A stretch of DNA of 64,000 nt, from NCBI GenBank assembly GCA_032718475.1, contig JAUCBJ010006658.1, positions 1 to 64,000 on the forward strand, read 5' to 3'. A model generated the notes under the pieces. That model was not told where the DNA came from. It did not search any database and worked only from the letters and a program-made list of their open reading frames with translations. The position numbers were made by a program, and so were the translations under genes. Within the stretch, counting starts at the first letter, position 1. The number at the start of each line of letters is the position of its first letter. Shown here piece by piece: positions 62,863 through 64,000 of the stretch. This stretch comes from Nemertoderma westbladi (lineage: Eukaryota; Animalia; Xenacoelomorpha).

Positions 62863-64000
62863 TGTACGCGCTTTTGAAGACCTTTAGCAGTTTAACCTGC
62901 CAAAATTTATATGTCTTTGGTTTATGTTCAGACTTTAGAAGATGACAGATATTTAATGCCAATAAACACAACATTAGCCGAAGCCAGCCTAGTGCGCGTC
63001 CATTCACCCGCTGGATATTCCCGGGAGACTGGGTTCGGATGGGGCTTAGTTTTTGTTATTGCAGTGAAGCCTACTGTATTATTCGATTGATCGTTAATAA
63101 ATAATTCCTGACAAATATTATTCACTTTCGGGAAATATTAACAGTTCCTTTAGGACGTGGCGCTCTACCTAAGTAAACAGAGTTATGACTTATACTACAC
63201 GCAACGGTAAGGCTTATAATTCACGTATAAGACGCATTCTTTAGGAAATGCTTTGTTATCGGTCACAATCATGCACACTACCGGTACCGCACAATACTGC
63301 ACACTAATCTGCCGACCGTCAATGAATTTGATCACACATAAAGAGAACAGCAATTGACCTATGTAGTGTCTATCAAATAGCATTAGGTTCACTACAAACC
63401 ACGATAACATAAGTCGCAATTGTTATATATAGCCTGTCTCTCTAACCTGTAGTGTATCAAGAAAATTGGGAAATTTGGGTTCTTTATAGATGTTCTCCAA
63501 ATAATAATATTCAACCAACTGATAAACACAACAGTAAATAGCATTAAGACGGTAGGTTAAGATATAATATGATTAGACTGTATGCTGATTGGGTCGGTTG
63601 ATAACATTTATACGTTCTATAATCTAAGCCTACTAATGTTTTACTAAAAGTCTGAAACAAGTCATTCCAAAAGCCGATGTTCTGGCGTAGGAGGAATAAC
63701 AACACACCTCTGTCCCTGTATCTTTTACACAGAGAGGAATAGCTCTCATTGGCAGAACACCAGAATCCACAGGTTCCACGAATGTCTAAATGCCGAACTA
63801 TCAGGATTTTGGCATCCCTTGGCCAACACACAAAATGAGTCACTCCGCTCGGTTGTCCTGGTTGCATACTCTGCTGCTATAGCTCTGGTTGGCCGATAGA
63901 ACATAGCAAAGATCCCCTCGTACAGCAAATCAGCCAATCAGCCGGTCGCTTGTATCATTCGAGTTAGTGAGCCTTTTAGAGTATTCCAGCGCCTGGGGGG
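62863..64000 (-). repeat. 5' LTR (partial)
   Basis: Matches 51928-53073 with about six substitutions and two short indels counted by eye. Confidence 0.95.

Larger units (their letters stand above)
51928..64000 (-). mobile_element. Non-autonomous BEL/Pao LTR retrotransposon (>12 kb; 5' LTR runs off the window)
   Basis: Near-identical direct LTRs starting at 51928 and 62863; BEL-type Gag, zinc knuckles and protease; purine tract GGGAGCGG abutting the 3' LTR. Confidence 0.95.

Overview
AT-rich eukaryotic (metazoan, probably invertebrate) DNA made up almost entirely of nested transposable elements. No prokaryotic genes, rRNA or CRISPR are visible. Main contents: (1) an apparently intact two-ORF CR1/L2-group LINE (~1830-6865; PHD-APE-RT ORF2 with no AUG start), plus fragments of other CR1/L2 and RTE LINEs; (2) a >12 kb BEL/Pao LTR element on the minus strand (51928 to beyond the window end) that keeps Gag-protease, has lost RT, most of RNase H and integrase by in-frame deletions, and carries an extra zinc-knuckle ORF; a related solo LTR lies at 24103-25262 (TSD GACTC) and an LTR end at 1-56; (3) a CMC/EnSpm-type DNA transposon (45159-49771, 2-bp TSD) inserted in a ~160-bp satellite, with a broken transposase and an intact, probably spliced DUF4806-like gene; (4) three Helentron/DINE-like non-autonomous elements; (5) a ~4.2 kb composite block present twice, whose second copy shows the empty sites of two insertions; (6) one host-type gene, an intronless 10-finger C2H2 zinc-finger ORF. 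The most unusual signals are long-range complementarity between the LINE inter-ORF spacer (covering a uORF AUG just before the AUG-less ORF2) and its 3' UTR, and the architecture and priming region of the BEL derivative. All family calls rest on motifs recognised by eye; no database search was run.
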